Below are positions 51,872 to 62,559 of a DNA stretch of 64,000 bases, in pieces (positions within the stretch are counted from its first letter, which is position 1; every line of letters starts with the position of its first letter). Both the position numbers and the translations under genes were made by a program. The stretch spans positions 1,600,001 to 1,664,000 of the forward strand of contig CBDCXV010000011.1 in assembly GCA_965223905.1 (NCBI GenBank), in the 5' to 3' direction. The notes below the pieces were generated by a model, which was not told where the DNA came from, did not search any database, and saw nothing but the letters and a program-made list of their open reading frames with translations. This DNA comes from Candidatus Latescibacterota bacterium. GTDB lineage: Bacteria > Latescibacterota > UBA2968 > UBA8231.

Positions 51872-51914
51872 TCGGCGGCATAAAGGACTGCGTCAAGATA
51901 CAGCTGAAAATATC

Positions 51915-53267
51915 ATGCCTGCGAACATCAAGGTTTTCCCAAAGAGCAAGGTCGAGCCTGCCGAATCCGACCCCGGCAGCACCCGCCCCGGCGGCGGCCT
52001 CGGCATGGACCGCAAAATCGAGAAGCGGCGCTTCACGCCGCGGCGCATCGCCCTGGGCGCTGCTGTTCTGCTGCTGGCCGGGCTGTGTGGATACGGCCTG
52101 CTCGCCGATTTCGGGGTGCGCAAGCTCAACGTCCAGCGCGACCGCCTGACCCTGTCGACGGTCGAGCTCGCCCCGTTCCTGGAGTACATCCCGGTGCGCG
52201 GCACCGTGCTGCCGTTGCGCACGGTGTACCTCGATGCCCTGGAGAGCGGCCAGGTGGTTCAGGTCTTCGCCGAAGAGGGGGCCCAGGTGGCCGCGGGCGA
52301 CCCGCTGCTGCGCCTCGCCAACCCCGACCTCGAGCTGACCATCCTGCAGCAGGAGGCCGGGCTGGAGCGCAGCAGGGAGGCGCTGCTCAACGGCCGGCTG
52401 ACCATGGAGCAGAACCTGCTGGCCTCGCGGAAGGGGCTGATGGAGATCGAGTACCGGCTCGCCGTGGACAAGCGCAACTTCGAGCGCTACCAGGACCTGC
52501 CCGCGGAGGACCTGGCCGCCATCATGTCGCGCCAGGAGTACGAGCGGCTGCGCGACGAGTACGAGTACAGCGCCCGCCGCATGGCCCTGACCCGCCAGAC
52601 CCTGACCCAGGACTCGCTGCTGGCGGCGAGCAAGGTGGTGCAGCTGGTCTCGGCGGTGGAGCGCACCGGGCGCGATCTCGAAATCGTCGGGCGGCGGCTG
52701 GACAACCTGACGGTGCGGGCCCCGGTGGCCGGGCAGCTGACCACGCTCGAGGCGGAGGTTGGAGAGAGCAAGGGGACCGGAGTGCGCTTTGGACAGATCG
52801 ACATGACCGGCGGCTTCAAGGTGCGCGCCGCCATCGACGAGCATTACATCGGCCGCGTCGGCCGGGGGCAACGGGGCAGCTTCGACAGCGGCGGTGAGAC
52901 GTACGGCCTGGTGATCCGCAAGGTCTACCCGGAGGTCAGGGAGGGCCGTTTCGAGGTGGATCTGGTCTTCGAGGGGGAAGCGCCCGAGGGCATCCGCCGG
53001 GGCCAGAGCCTGCACATCCGCCTGGAGCTGGGCAACCTCGAGGAGGCGGTGCAGGTGGCGCGCGGCGGGTTCTACCAGTCGACCGGGGGCCACTGGGCCT
53101 ACGTGCTCGACGCTTCCGGGGAGCAGGCGACGCGGCGCTCCATCTCCCTCGGGCGCCAGAACCCCCGGGTCTACGAGGTGCTGGAGGGACTCGAACCCGG
53201 GGAGCAGGTGATCACCTCGAGCTACGAGAGCTTCGGCGAAAACATGGACGTGCTGGTGTTGCGGTAA
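51915..53267 (+). CDS. Efflux periplasmic adaptor subunit (MacA/HlyD family); alternative start 52005
   Basis: MDRKIEK..TM; GQVVQVFAEEG.QV.AGDPLL.L lipoyl motif; VRAPVAGQL; YEVLEGLEPGEQVI. Confidence 0.9.
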   Translation: MPANIKVFPKSKVEPAESDPGSTRPGGGLGMDRKIEKRRFTPRRIALGAAVLLLAGLCGYGLLADFGVRKLNVQRDRLTLSTVELAPFLEYIPVRGTVLPLRTVYLDALESGQVVQVFAEEGAQVAAGDPLLRLANPDLELTILQQEAGLERSREALLNGRLTMEQNLLASRKGLMEIEYRLAVDKRNFERYQDLPAEDLAAIMSRQEYERLRDEYEYSARRMALTRQTLTQDSLLAASKVVQLVSAVERTGRDLEIVGRRLDNLTVRAPVAGQLTTLEAEVGESKGTGVRFGQIDMTGGFKVRAAIDEHYIGRVGRGQRGSFDSGGETYGLVIRKVYPEVREGRFEVDLVFEGEAPEGIRRGQSLHIRLELGNLEEAVQVARGGFYQSTGGHWAYVLDASGEQATRRSISLGRQNPRVYEVLEGLEPGEQVITSSYESFGENMDVLVLR

Positions 53268-53293
53268 GCGCACCCTGAACAAGGAGAGGAAAG

Positions 53294-54019
53294 ATGACCG
53301 AGACCGCGGCGAACACCGGAAACGGCAAGACGGCGCTGATCCGCACCGTGGGGCTGCGCAAGGTCTACACCACCGAGGAGGTGGAGACGACCGCCCTCGA
53401 CAACGTCAACCTCGAGATCGCCGACGGGGAGTTCGCCGCCATCATGGGGCCGTCCGGCTGCGGCAAGTCGACGCTGCTCAACCTGCTCGGCCTGCTCGAC
53501 AACCCGACCGGAGGGGAATACTGGCTGCTGGAGGAAGAGGTCTCCACCTACTCCGAGCGCCTGCGGGCGAACCTGCGCAAGGGGACGATCGGCTTCGTCT
53601 TCCAGTCGTACAACCTGATCAACGAGCTGACCGTCCATGAGAACGTCGAGCTGCCCCTGCTCTACATGGGCCTGCCGGGCCGGGAGCGCAGGGAGCGGGT
53701 GGGGTCGATCCTCGACCAGATGCAGATCACCCACCGCGGCAAGCACTTTCCGCAGCAGTTGTCCGGCGGCCAGCAGCAGCGCGTGGCGGTGGCGAGAGCC
53801 CTGGTCTCCGAGCCGAAGCTGGTGCTCGCCGACGAGCCGACGGGCAACCTCGACTCGCGCCACGGGGACGAGGTCATGGAGATGCTCACCGAGATGAACC
53901 GGAGCGGCACCACGGTGGTGATGGTGACACACTCGCCGGCCTACGCCGACTTCGCCCACCGGGTCATCCACCTGTTCGACGGAAGGGTCGTGACCGAGAA
54001 CATCGCCAGGGAGCGCTGA
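53294..54019 (+). CDS. ABC transporter ATP-binding protein (MacB/LolD type)
   Basis: [40 protein letters not shown]. Confidence 0.95.
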   Translation: MTETAANTGNGKTALIRTVGLRKVYTTEEVETTALDNVNLEIADGEFAAIMGPSGCGKSTLLNLLGLLDNPTGGEYWLLEEEVSTYSERLRANLRKGTIGFVFQSYNLINELTVHENVELPLLYMGLPGRERRERVGSILDQMQITHRGKHFPQQLSGGQQQRVAVARALVSEPKLVLADEPTGNLDSRHGDEVMEMLTEMNRSGTTVVMVTHSPAYADFAHRVIHLFDGRVVTENIARER

Positions 54020-54054
54020 AGCCGGCGACCCGGGGAATTGCAAGGAACGGGACC

Positions 54055-56619
54055 ATGTGGAAGAGCAACCTGATCATTGCCCTGCGCGTGCTGGGACGCA
54101 ACAGGGCGATCTCGCTGATCAACATCGTCGGACTGTCCGCGGCCCTGGCGGTGGTGGTGCTGTGTCTGCTGTTCGTGCGCCATGAGACCTCCTTCGACAC
54201 TTGGCACGAAAAGGGCGACCGGATCTTCTACGTCCATTTAGAAGATCAGGACCCTGGGGCTGATTTTGGCAGCTTCAAGAGGAACACCGCCTGGATACGT
54301 CCCGGATTTCGCGAGGCGGTGCGCACGAACGTCCCAGGTATCGGCGAATCGATCCTGATGAACCGGTGGAACTGTATGGTTTCGACCGGCGAGACGACTT
54401 TCCAGGAGAAACTCCTCGCTGTAGATCCGGCCTTCCTCACCCTGTTCACCCTCCCGCTGGCCGCCGGGGACGCCGCGACCGCCCTCGACGATCCCCACAG
54501 TGTCGTCCTCGGCCACGAGACGGCACAGACGTACTTCGGCTCCGACGTTTCCCCCCGCGCCATGCTGGGGAAGCGCCTCCGGATGCACGTCGTCCTTCAT
54601 AAACTGGAAACGACTCCGGAGATGGAAACGCATCACACTCCTACTCATACCCATACTCATACTCTTCCTACGTGGAAAGACACGACTGTTGAGATGGAAC
54701 TCACTATCGCTGGAGTGCTGGCTCCTCTGCCCGGGCCTTCAATTCTGCATACCGATGTATTTGTACCCACCGCAACAACCGATGAGCTGCAAATTACGGG
54801 CACAGAGCTGGTTGCGGGCACAGGCGGGCTGTTTATAGAGATCGAAGAGGGCGTGAAACCGAAGGAAATGGAAACACGACTGGCACCTCTGGCGGGCGAG
54901 GACCAAATCTTCAATATCCGACTCGACCTGGTACCTCTTCAGGGGGCACACTTTGGACCCGAAATACAGGGAGCTTTCGCCAGCATCGGCAGCGGCAAGA
55001 TCGAGCACTGCTACCTGCTGGCCGGGCTGGCCGCCGTCGTGCTGCTGATCGCCGCCATCAACTTCGTCAACCTCGCCCTGGGCCGGGCCATGACGCGGAC
55101 GCTCGAAGTCGGCCTGCGCAAGGCGATCGGCGCCACCCGCCCCCAGCTCTCCATCCAATTCCTCGCCGAAGCCATCGTCGTCAGCCTGATCGCCGTCGCC
55201 GGAGGCATGGCCCTGGCCGAATTACTGCTGCCTGCCTTCAACCAAGCCGTGTCCCGGCAGCTCGAGCTCGAGTGGCTGTCCATCGAGACCGGGACAGGCG
55301 CTGTGACCCTGGCCTTGTTGGTCGGCGTTTTCTCGGGCTTCTACCCCGCCCAGGTCATCTCCCGGATTCACCCGGTTCGTGCCCTCTCCAGGAAGGTGCC
55401 CCAACTCGGCCGCGGCCGCATCGGCCGCGGTCTCATCGTCCTGCAGTTCGCCCTGTCGGCCTTCCTCGTCGTGGTGACGGTCACCATGGAACGGCAACTC
55501 GATTTCATGCGCACAAACCTGGGGTTCGACGGCGACCAGGTTGTATCGATCCGCAGCAAAGACTCTCTCAAAGCTTTGCAGATCGAGCGTCTCGCCGGCG
55601 AGATCGATTCCCGGCCGGGACTGGTCAGGGGGGTCGCCGGCACTCGGCCGACACTTGGCACTGGCTTCAATATCCCTATTTCAATCCAACTCGGTGAAAA
55701 CACCATTCGCGCCACAGGTTTCCACGTAAGTCCGGATTTCCTGCGCGTCATGGGAATCGATCTCCTCTCCGGGCAAGGCTTTGGCCGGAGCGACGAGCCC
55801 CGTCTGCGAAGCGGCATCCTCCTCAACGAGACCGCAGCCCGCCTCCTGGGACCCGAGGACCTGATCGGCCGCACCCTGACTATACGCCAATTCCGCCAAT
55901 TCGTTTCGGGTGGATTTATGATTGTAGACGGGAGTCTCTTCGGGGAAATGCCGGGAGGTGATGATGATGTAGTGATGACGGTCATCGGAATTGTCGAGGA
56001 TTTCCACTACGAGGACATGCGCCACACCGTAGGGCCGGCCTTCCTGACCGCGGTCGAGCCCGGATTGCAGGGAGACGTCAGGTTCACAACCCTTTTCCGG
56101 CTCGACCGCGTCGACCTGCCTGCAGCCGTCGAGGAAGTGAAGGCGCTGTGGGAACGGGTGCTGCCGGAGCATGAATTGGAGGAAGTGCGCTTCCTCGACG
56201 AAGCCTTCGCAGCGAGATACGAAACCGAACGGCGGGTCGGCACGGTCATGAAGTGGATAAGCGCGATCGCCCTGATCATCTCCTGCATGGGACTCGTCGG
56301 GCTCGCCGCCCTCGCCGCGGCGCGGCGCACCCGGGAAATCGGCATCCGCAAGGTCCTCGGGGCTACCACCGGCAGCGTCCTGCTGCTGATGTCGCGCGAG
56401 TTCGGATGGCTCGTGGTGGCCGCCAACGCCATCGCCTTGCCCGTCGCCTTCTTTGTCCTCGACCGCTGGCTCGCCTTCTACGCCTACCGCATCGACCAGA
56501 GCCCGGAATGGTTCGCGCTGGCAGGTGCCGGCGTCCTCGCCGTCGCCCTGGCGACCGTCAGCGGACAGACCTGGCTGGCGGCGCGGACCAACCCTGCGGA
56601 TGCGCTGAGGTACGAGTAG
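54055..56619 (+). CDS. ABC transporter permease (MacB/FtsX tandem type), copy 1
   Basis: INIVGLS, AAINFVNL..R.LEVGLRKAIGA, QFALS, GIVEDFH, REIGIRKVLGA, NPADALRYE. Confidence 0.92.
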   Translation: MWKSNLIIALRVLGRNRAISLINIVGLSAALAVVVLCLLFVRHETSFDTWHEKGDRIFYVHLEDQDPGADFGSFKRNTAWIRPGFREAVRTNVPGIGESILMNRWNCMVSTGETTFQEKLLAVDPAFLTLFTLPLAAGDAATALDDPHSVVLGHETAQTYFGSDVSPRAMLGKRLRMHVVLHKLETTPEMETHHTPTHTHTHTLPTWKDTTVEMELTIAGVLAPLPGPSILHTDVFVPTATTDELQITGTELVAGTGGLFIEIEEGVKPKEMETRLAPLAGEDQIFNIRLDLVPLQGAHFGPEIQGAFASIGSGKIEHCYLLAGLAAVVLLIAAINFVNLALGRAMTRTLEVGLRKAIGATRPQLSIQFLAEAIVVSLIAVAGGMALAELLLPAFNQAVSRQLELEWLSIETGTGAVTLALLVGVFSGFYPAQVISRIHPVRALSRKVPQLGRGRIGRGLIVLQFALSAFLVVVTVTMERQLDFMRTNLGFDGDQVVSIRSKDSLKALQIERLAGEIDSRPGLVRGVAGTRPTLGTGFNIPISIQLGENTIRATGFHVSPDFLRVMGIDLLSGQGFGRSDEPRLRSGILLNETAARLLGPEDLIGRTLTIRQFRQFVSGGFMIVDGSLFGEMPGGDDDVVMTVIGIVEDFHYEDMRHTVGPAFLTAVEPGLQGDVRFTTLFRLDRVDLPAAVEEVKALWERVLPEHELEEVRFLDEAFAARYETERRVGTVMKWISAIALIISCMGLVGLAALAAARRTREIGIRKVLGATTGSVLLLMSREFGWLVVAANAIALPVAFFVLDRWLAFYAYRIDQSPEWFALAGAGVLAVALATVSGQTWLAARTNPADALRYE

Positions 56620-56691
56620 AGAGAAGGATGACCGCGAACATAGCCAGGGAGCGCTGAAGCCGGCGACCCTGGGAACTCAAGGAACGGGACT

Positions 56692-59145
56692 ATGTGGAAG
56701 AGCAACCTGATCATTGCCCTGCGCGTGCTGGGACGCAACAGGACGATCTCGCTGATCAACATCGTCGGACTGTCCGCCGCCCTGGCGGTGGTCGTGCTGT
56801 GTCTGCTGTTCGTGCGCCACGAGACCTCCTACGACTCATGGCACGAAAAGGGGGACCGGATCTTTCTCATCTACTTTGAATTTGAACGCCTGGATCCTGA
56901 CGACCTCTTCAACGACAGCACGATGCTACGTCCCGAGCTGCGTGAGGCAGTGCGCACTACAGTCGCCGGCATTCGGGAATCGGTCCACACGCACCGTGCA
57001 TCCGGCAAGGTCTCGTACGGCGAGGCAACCTTCTGGGAATCTTTCCTCGCTGTCGATCCGGCCTTCCTCACCCTGTTCACCCTGCCGCTGGCCGCCGGCG
57101 ATCCGGCTACCGCCCTTGTCGACCCCCAGGGTGTCGTCCTCGCCCATAAAACGGCGCAGAAATACTTCGGACCCGATGTTCCAGTCCATTCCATGCTGGG
57201 GGAGCGCATCCGGCTGCACGTCGTCCATCAGGATCACACGACGTCACCACCGAAGGAGACGCCTATCCAGGTGGAACGCACCATCGCGGGGGTGCTGGCC
57301 CCTCTGCCGGGGCCTTCTATTCTGCATCTGGATATTCTCGTGCCTACGGCAACGGTCGAGGAGCTGCAATTAATACGCGACAAAAACGGGCTCATTACTG
57401 TACTCGGCATAAACGGGCTGTTCATCGAACTCGAAGACGGGGTAGAGCCGGCCGAAATGGAAGCACTGCTGGCGACGCTGGCCATCGATTACAAATACAT
57501 GGGCGGAAAGGTCCTACCCAAGCTGCTACCCCTCCAAGGCGCTCACTTCGGACCCGAAATAGAAGCGCCCGCCCGCATCGGCCACGGCAAGATCGAGCAC
57601 TGCTACCTGCTGGCCGGGCTGGCCGTGGTCGTGTTGCTGATCGCGGCCATCAACTTCGTCAACCTCGCCCTGGGACGCGCCATGACGCGGACTCTCGAAG
57701 TCGGCCTGCGCAAGGCGATCGGCGCCACCCGCCACCAGCTCTCCAACCAGTTCCTCGCCGAGGCCATCGTCGTCAGCCTGATCGCCGTCGCCGGGGGCAT
57801 GGCCCTGGCCGAAATGCTCCTGCCCGCCTTCAACCAGGTCGTGCATCGACAACTCGATCTCGAATGGCTGTCCGTCAAGACCGGGACATACGCCTTGACC
57901 CTGGCTCTCCTGGTCGGCGTTCTCTCGGGCCTGTACCCGGCCCAGGTCATCGGCCGGCTTCACCCGATCCGGGCCCTTTACGGAAAGGCGCCACAGCTTG
58001 GCCGAGGCCGCATCGGCCGCGGTCTGATCCTCCTGCAGTTCGCCCTGTCGACCTTTCTCGTCGTGGTGACGATCACCATGGAGCGGCAGCTCAATTTCAT
58101 GCGCACCAATCTGGGGTTCGATGGCGACCGGGTGGTGCTGGCTCACAGTAACGGCGGTCTTGACGCTTTGCAGATTGAACGCCTCGCCGGCGAGATCGAT
58201 TCCCGGCCCGGACTTGTCAAAGGGGTCGCCGGTACTTCGGCCGCACCCGGCACTGGTGGCGAGTTCCCCAAACCATTCCAGCTCGGTGGGAATACGTTCC
58301 ACCTCAAGCCCTTCCGCGTAAGTCCGGATTTCCTGCGCGTCATGGGGATCGATCTCCTTTCCGGGCAAGGCTTCGGCCAAAGCGACGAGCCCGGTCGGCC
58401 GCTCGGCATCCTCCTCAACAAGACCGCGGCGCGTCTCCTGGGACCCGAGGACCCGATCGGCCGCACCCTGACGGTTCCCTATGCTGTTGATGTGCCGATA
58501 TCGGTGATCGGCATTGTCGAGGATTTCCACTACGAAGACATGCGCCACACCGTGGGGCCGGCCCTCCTGACTACGCTCATGTCGGGAAGGCCGGGAAACG
58601 ACAGGTTCCGGCACATCCTGTTCCGGCTCGATCACCGCGATCTTCCCGCGGCGCTCGAGGAGGTAAGGGCGTTGTGGAAGCGGGTTTTGCCGGAGTACGA
58701 GTTACAGGGCGTGAGCTTCCTCGACGACGCCTTCGCAGCGAGATACGAAACCGAGCGTCGCGTCGGCACGGTCATGAAGTGGATAAGCGCGATCGCCCTG
58801 GTCATCTCCTGCATGGGACTCGTCGGGCTCGCCGCCCTCGCCGCGGCCCGGCGCACCCGGGAAATCGGCATCCGCAAGGTCCTCGGGGCCACCACCGGCA
58901 GCGTCCTGCTGCTGATGTCACGCGAGTTCGGCTGGCTCGTGGTGGCGGCCAACGCCATCGCCTGGCCCCTTGCCTTCTTCGTCCTCGACCGCTGGCTCGC
59001 CTTCTACGCCTACCGCATCGACCAAAGCCCGGAATGGTTCGCGCTGGCAGGTGCCGGCGTCCTCGCCGTCGCCCTGGCGACCGTCAGCGGACAGACCTGG
59101 CTGGCGGCGCGGACCAACCCGGCGGATGCGTTGAGGTACGAGTAG
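56692..59145 (+). CDS. ABC transporter permease (MacB/FtsX tandem type), copy 2
   Basis: Same motifs; termini nearly identical to copy 1. Confidence 0.92.
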   Translation: MWKSNLIIALRVLGRNRTISLINIVGLSAALAVVVLCLLFVRHETSYDSWHEKGDRIFLIYFEFERLDPDDLFNDSTMLRPELREAVRTTVAGIRESVHTHRASGKVSYGEATFWESFLAVDPAFLTLFTLPLAAGDPATALVDPQGVVLAHKTAQKYFGPDVPVHSMLGERIRLHVVHQDHTTSPPKETPIQVERTIAGVLAPLPGPSILHLDILVPTATVEELQLIRDKNGLITVLGINGLFIELEDGVEPAEMEALLATLAIDYKYMGGKVLPKLLPLQGAHFGPEIEAPARIGHGKIEHCYLLAGLAVVVLLIAAINFVNLALGRAMTRTLEVGLRKAIGATRHQLSNQFLAEAIVVSLIAVAGGMALAEMLLPAFNQVVHRQLDLEWLSVKTGTYALTLALLVGVLSGLYPAQVIGRLHPIRALYGKAPQLGRGRIGRGLILLQFALSTFLVVVTITMERQLNFMRTNLGFDGDRVVLAHSNGGLDALQIERLAGEIDSRPGLVKGVAGTSAAPGTGGEFPKPFQLGGNTFHLKPFRVSPDFLRVMGIDLLSGQGFGQSDEPGRPLGILLNKTAARLLGPEDPIGRTLTVPYAVDVPISVIGIVEDFHYEDMRHTVGPALLTTLMSGRPGNDRFRHILFRLDHRDLPAALEEVRALWKRVLPEYELQGVSFLDDAFAARYETERRVGTVMKWISAIALVISCMGLVGLAALAAARRTREIGIRKVLGATTGSVLLLMSREFGWLVVAANAIAWPLAFFVLDRWLAFYAYRIDQSPEWFALAGAGVLAVALATVSGQTWLAARTNPADALRYE

Positions 59146-59281
59146 AGGGAATGGTCGTGACTCGGCACATCTCGAAGGTGCTGGAACGCAAACCCGGACA
59201 GGGCTGCGTTCCGGAAGGGAACCGCCGTGCAATGTCCAGGCGCCGACGCAGGATGCACGGACCCCGACGAAAGGAGCCCTC

Positions 59282-61704
59282 ATGCTGGCCAACTATCTGA
59301 CCACCGCCCTTCGCCACCTTTGGAGAGAGCGCGGCTACGCGGCGATCAACCTCTTCGGGCTGGCCGTCGGCCTGGCCCTCTGCCTGCTGGTCATCCAGTT
59401 GGCCGCCTATCAGCTCTCCGTCGGCGATTTCCACAAGGAAAAGAACAGGGTTTTCCGCGTCATCGAGAAAAAGGACCCGCGCGATTGGCCGGCTGATTTG
59501 GGATTGCGCTCGGCAACTCTGCCGCTACCTCTTGGGCCGACCCTGAAGGAGCGAATGCCCGAAGTCGAGGAAACAGTCCGCATCGCCGGGGAGGCGCCGC
59601 GTCTTCTCAGAGTCGGAGACAAGAATGGGATTCGTGTGAGCGGGGTTCGTTGGGCAGAATCCAGTGTTTTCGAAATGTTCAGCTTGTCTCTCCTGCGTGG
59701 CGACCCCAAGACCGCTTTGTCGCGCCCCTACACCATGGTGCTGACCGAACCTCTGGCCCGGCGGCTCTTTGGAGAGGACGATCCCATGGGCCAGATCGTC
59801 CGCTACAACGAAGCCATCGATTGCACGGTTACCGGCGTCGTCGGCCAACTGCCCTCCAACTCATTGCTGCAGTTCTCGGCCCTGCTCTCCTTGGCCACTG
59901 TGCACCACACGCAAAGGGAAGAGGATTTGGGCTGGAAGACTTATGCCTACGAGACCTTCGTGCAGCTGAATCCCAATGCAGATGCCGCTACGGTAGCCGA
60001 GCGGATTTCAGATATCGTTCAGGAAGCCAGGGGGTTGCCCGAAGCTACCGATTCCTACTCGCTGCAGCCTTTGAAATCGATCTATTTCGACACGGAATTT
60101 TCCAACGGCATCGGCCCGAGTGGCAACCCCATGCACCTCGCTTTGTTCGCCACCCTGGCAATGGTGCTCCTGACGCTCGCCGGGTTCAACTACGTGAACC
60201 TGGCGACGGCGCGGGCCCAGGGACGGATACACGAAATAGGCGTGCGCAAGGCCCTCGGCGCCCATCGCGCCCAGCTCATTCGTCAACTTCTGGGCGAGTC
60301 GGTACTGCTGAGCGTCGGGGCCACGTTGCTTGGCGTTGCCATGGCAGAAACAGTGGCTCCGTTCCTGCCTGCGATTGGGGAATTCGATTTTGAACGGTCA
60401 CCCCGCTGGACTATCTCGACCTGCGCCGGGGCTGCGGTGCTGGCGATAGCGGTCGGACTGGCAGCGGGCGCCTACCCGGCATGGGTCGTGGCATGCTTTC
60501 AGCCGGCGGTCTTGGAGCGCGGGGGCCGCCTCGGCGGCGCGCGCCTGCGCCGGGGTCTAGTAGTGGCGCAGTTCACCGTTACTGCGACGTTGATGACGAT
60601 GACGCTGTTGATATGGCACCAAGTCAATTTCATCCAGAACCTGCTCCGCGAGAACTCCGTCCTGGGGCTGGAGCCGGAACAGGTTGTCATCGTCCACAAC
60701 CGCCATAGCGGCGGCCTGACCGCAGACCAGGCCCGAGCTTTCAAAGCTGAGTTGCTTCAAGACAGCCGTATCGCCGCGGTGAGTCTCTCTACGACAGTAC
60801 CTGGTCAGGGTGTTCGCAACGGAGGTACATCATCAGAGGGGAGGGGGAAATATCGATAAGCGAGTATGAAGCAGATAGCGACTTCATTGAGATCATGGGA
60901 TTGCGCATGGTCCAGGGACGCCCCCTGACCGATGCGCCGGCCGACGCCAATGCGGTCGTGATAAATGAGACCGCCGTGCGCTGGCTGGAATTTGAAGAAC
61001 CCCTGGGAAAGACGATCCCCGACGGCTTCCTTCGCCGCTTCATTCCCGGCCCCGATGGCCATGTCCACGGCCTGGAGAGGCCCGTCGTGGGGGTGATCGA
61101 GGATTTCCACTTCCGGGGTCCGCGCTACAAGGTTGAACCCCTGGTCATAGCACAACTCGACGAAAGGGTGGGAGTCATTATCGTGCGGGTGCAATCCGGC
61201 CACCTCGAAGAAGCCCTCAAAGTGATTGACGACAAGTGGTCCGCCGCCGCTCCCTACCTCCCCATCCAGCGCCATTCCCTGGAAGAGGTCGTCGCCAAAC
61301 TCCATTCCGACGAACAGAGGGTGGGACGCACACTCGCCCTCCTTCTCTTTTCGGCCCTCGCCGTAGCCTCGGTAGGGCTCTTCGGGCTGGCCGCCCACGC
61401 CGCTCAAGCACGAACCAGAGAAATCGGCATCCGCAAGGTGTTCGGCGGCTCACCAGGCCGCATCGCCGCCATGCTGATTCGCGACTTCGCCAAACCCGTT
61501 GCCATCGCCTTCCTCCTCAGCGTGCCAATCGCTTACGGGTTGGCCGACCACTGGCTGCAGGACTTCGCCTATCGCGTGGAAATCGGCGTGGCCCTGTTCA
61601 TGGTGTCGGGGGCTCTGTCATTCGTCATCGCCGGGCTGACGGTTGGCGGCCAGGCTATGCGGGCGGCCCTGGCCAACCCCGCAAGAACCCTGCACACGAA
61701 GTAA
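59282..61704 (+). pseudogene. ABC transporter permease (MacB/FtsX type) split by a frameshift near 60840-60860
   Basis: ORF 59282-60859 (N-half) and ORF ending 61704 (C-half: VINET, GVIEDFHF, REIGIRKVFG, NPARTL) together give one full permease. Confidence 0.8.
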
Positions 61705-61723
61705 CCGCCAAGAGGAGACCGCC

Positions 61724-62398
61724 ATGATCGAGATGCACGACATCGAGAAGTACCACCGGACCGGCTCCCTCAAGACCTACGTGCTGCGCCATGTGCACCT
61801 GACCGTCGCCGAGGGGGAATTCCTGTCGATCATGGGGCCGAGCGGGGCCGGCAAGTCGACGCTGCTGCACATCATGGGCATGCTCGACGATCCGACCGCC
61901 GGCGAGTACCGGTTCCTCGGCAAACAGGTGGCCGGGCTGAGCGAAAAGGAGCGCACCGAGGTGCACCGGCGGCACATCGGTTTCGTCTTCCAGGCCTATC
62001 ACCTGATCGACGAGCAGACGGTGTACGAAAACCTGGAGATGCCGCTGCTCTACCAGCAGGTGAAGAGGTCCGAGCGCAAGGCGCGGGTGAGCGAGCTGCT
62101 CGACCGCTTCCAGATGGTGGCCAAGAAGGACCTGTTCCCGCACCAGCTCTCCGGCGGCGAGCAGCAGCGCGTCGGCGTCGCGCGCGCCCTGATCGGCCGG
62201 CCGGGGCTGATCCTCGCAGACGAGCCCACGGGCAACCTCAACTCCAAACAGGGGGACGAGGTGATGGCCATGCTGCGGGAGCTGAACGACGAGGGCACGA
62301 CGATCGTCCAGGTGACCCACTCGGAGAAGAACGCCGGCTACGGCAGCCGGGTGGTGCATCTGTTGGACGGCAAGATAGAACGAGAGGGAAGGTGCTGA
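61724..62398 (+). CDS. ABC transporter ATP-binding protein (second MacB-type ATPase)
   Basis: RBS GAGGAG; [28 protein letters not shown]. Confidence 0.95.
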   Translation: MIEMHDIEKYHRTGSLKTYVLRHVHLTVAEGEFLSIMGPSGAGKSTLLHIMGMLDDPTAGEYRFLGKQVAGLSEKERTEVHRRHIGFVFQAYHLIDEQTVYENLEMPLLYQQVKRSERKARVSELLDRFQMVAKKDLFPHQLSGGEQQRVGVARALIGRPGLILADEPTGNLNSKQGDEVMAMLRELNDEGTTIVQVTHSEKNAGYGSRVVHLLDGKIEREGRC

Positions 62399-62400
62399 CC

Positions 62401-62559
62401 ATGCTGCGCAACTATCTCCTGATTACCCTGCGCAACCTCCGCCGGCAAAAGCTGTATTCGACGATCAATGCAACGGGCCCAGCAATCGGCATGGGGGCTG
62501 CGAGGCTCGATCGCAACAAAAGACCAGAGAATTCAGGATGCTGCGCAGTTACGTCGTAA
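62401..62559 (+). pseudogene. N-terminal remnant of another ABC permease
   Basis: MLRNYLLITLRNLRRQKLYSTIN is the typical permease N-terminus, then the similarity is lost. Confidence 0.7.

Noticed and set aside
54055-59145. Diversity-generating retroelement as the cause of permease variation
   Set aside because: No reverse transcriptase in the window, and the differences are not adenine-specific and include indels.
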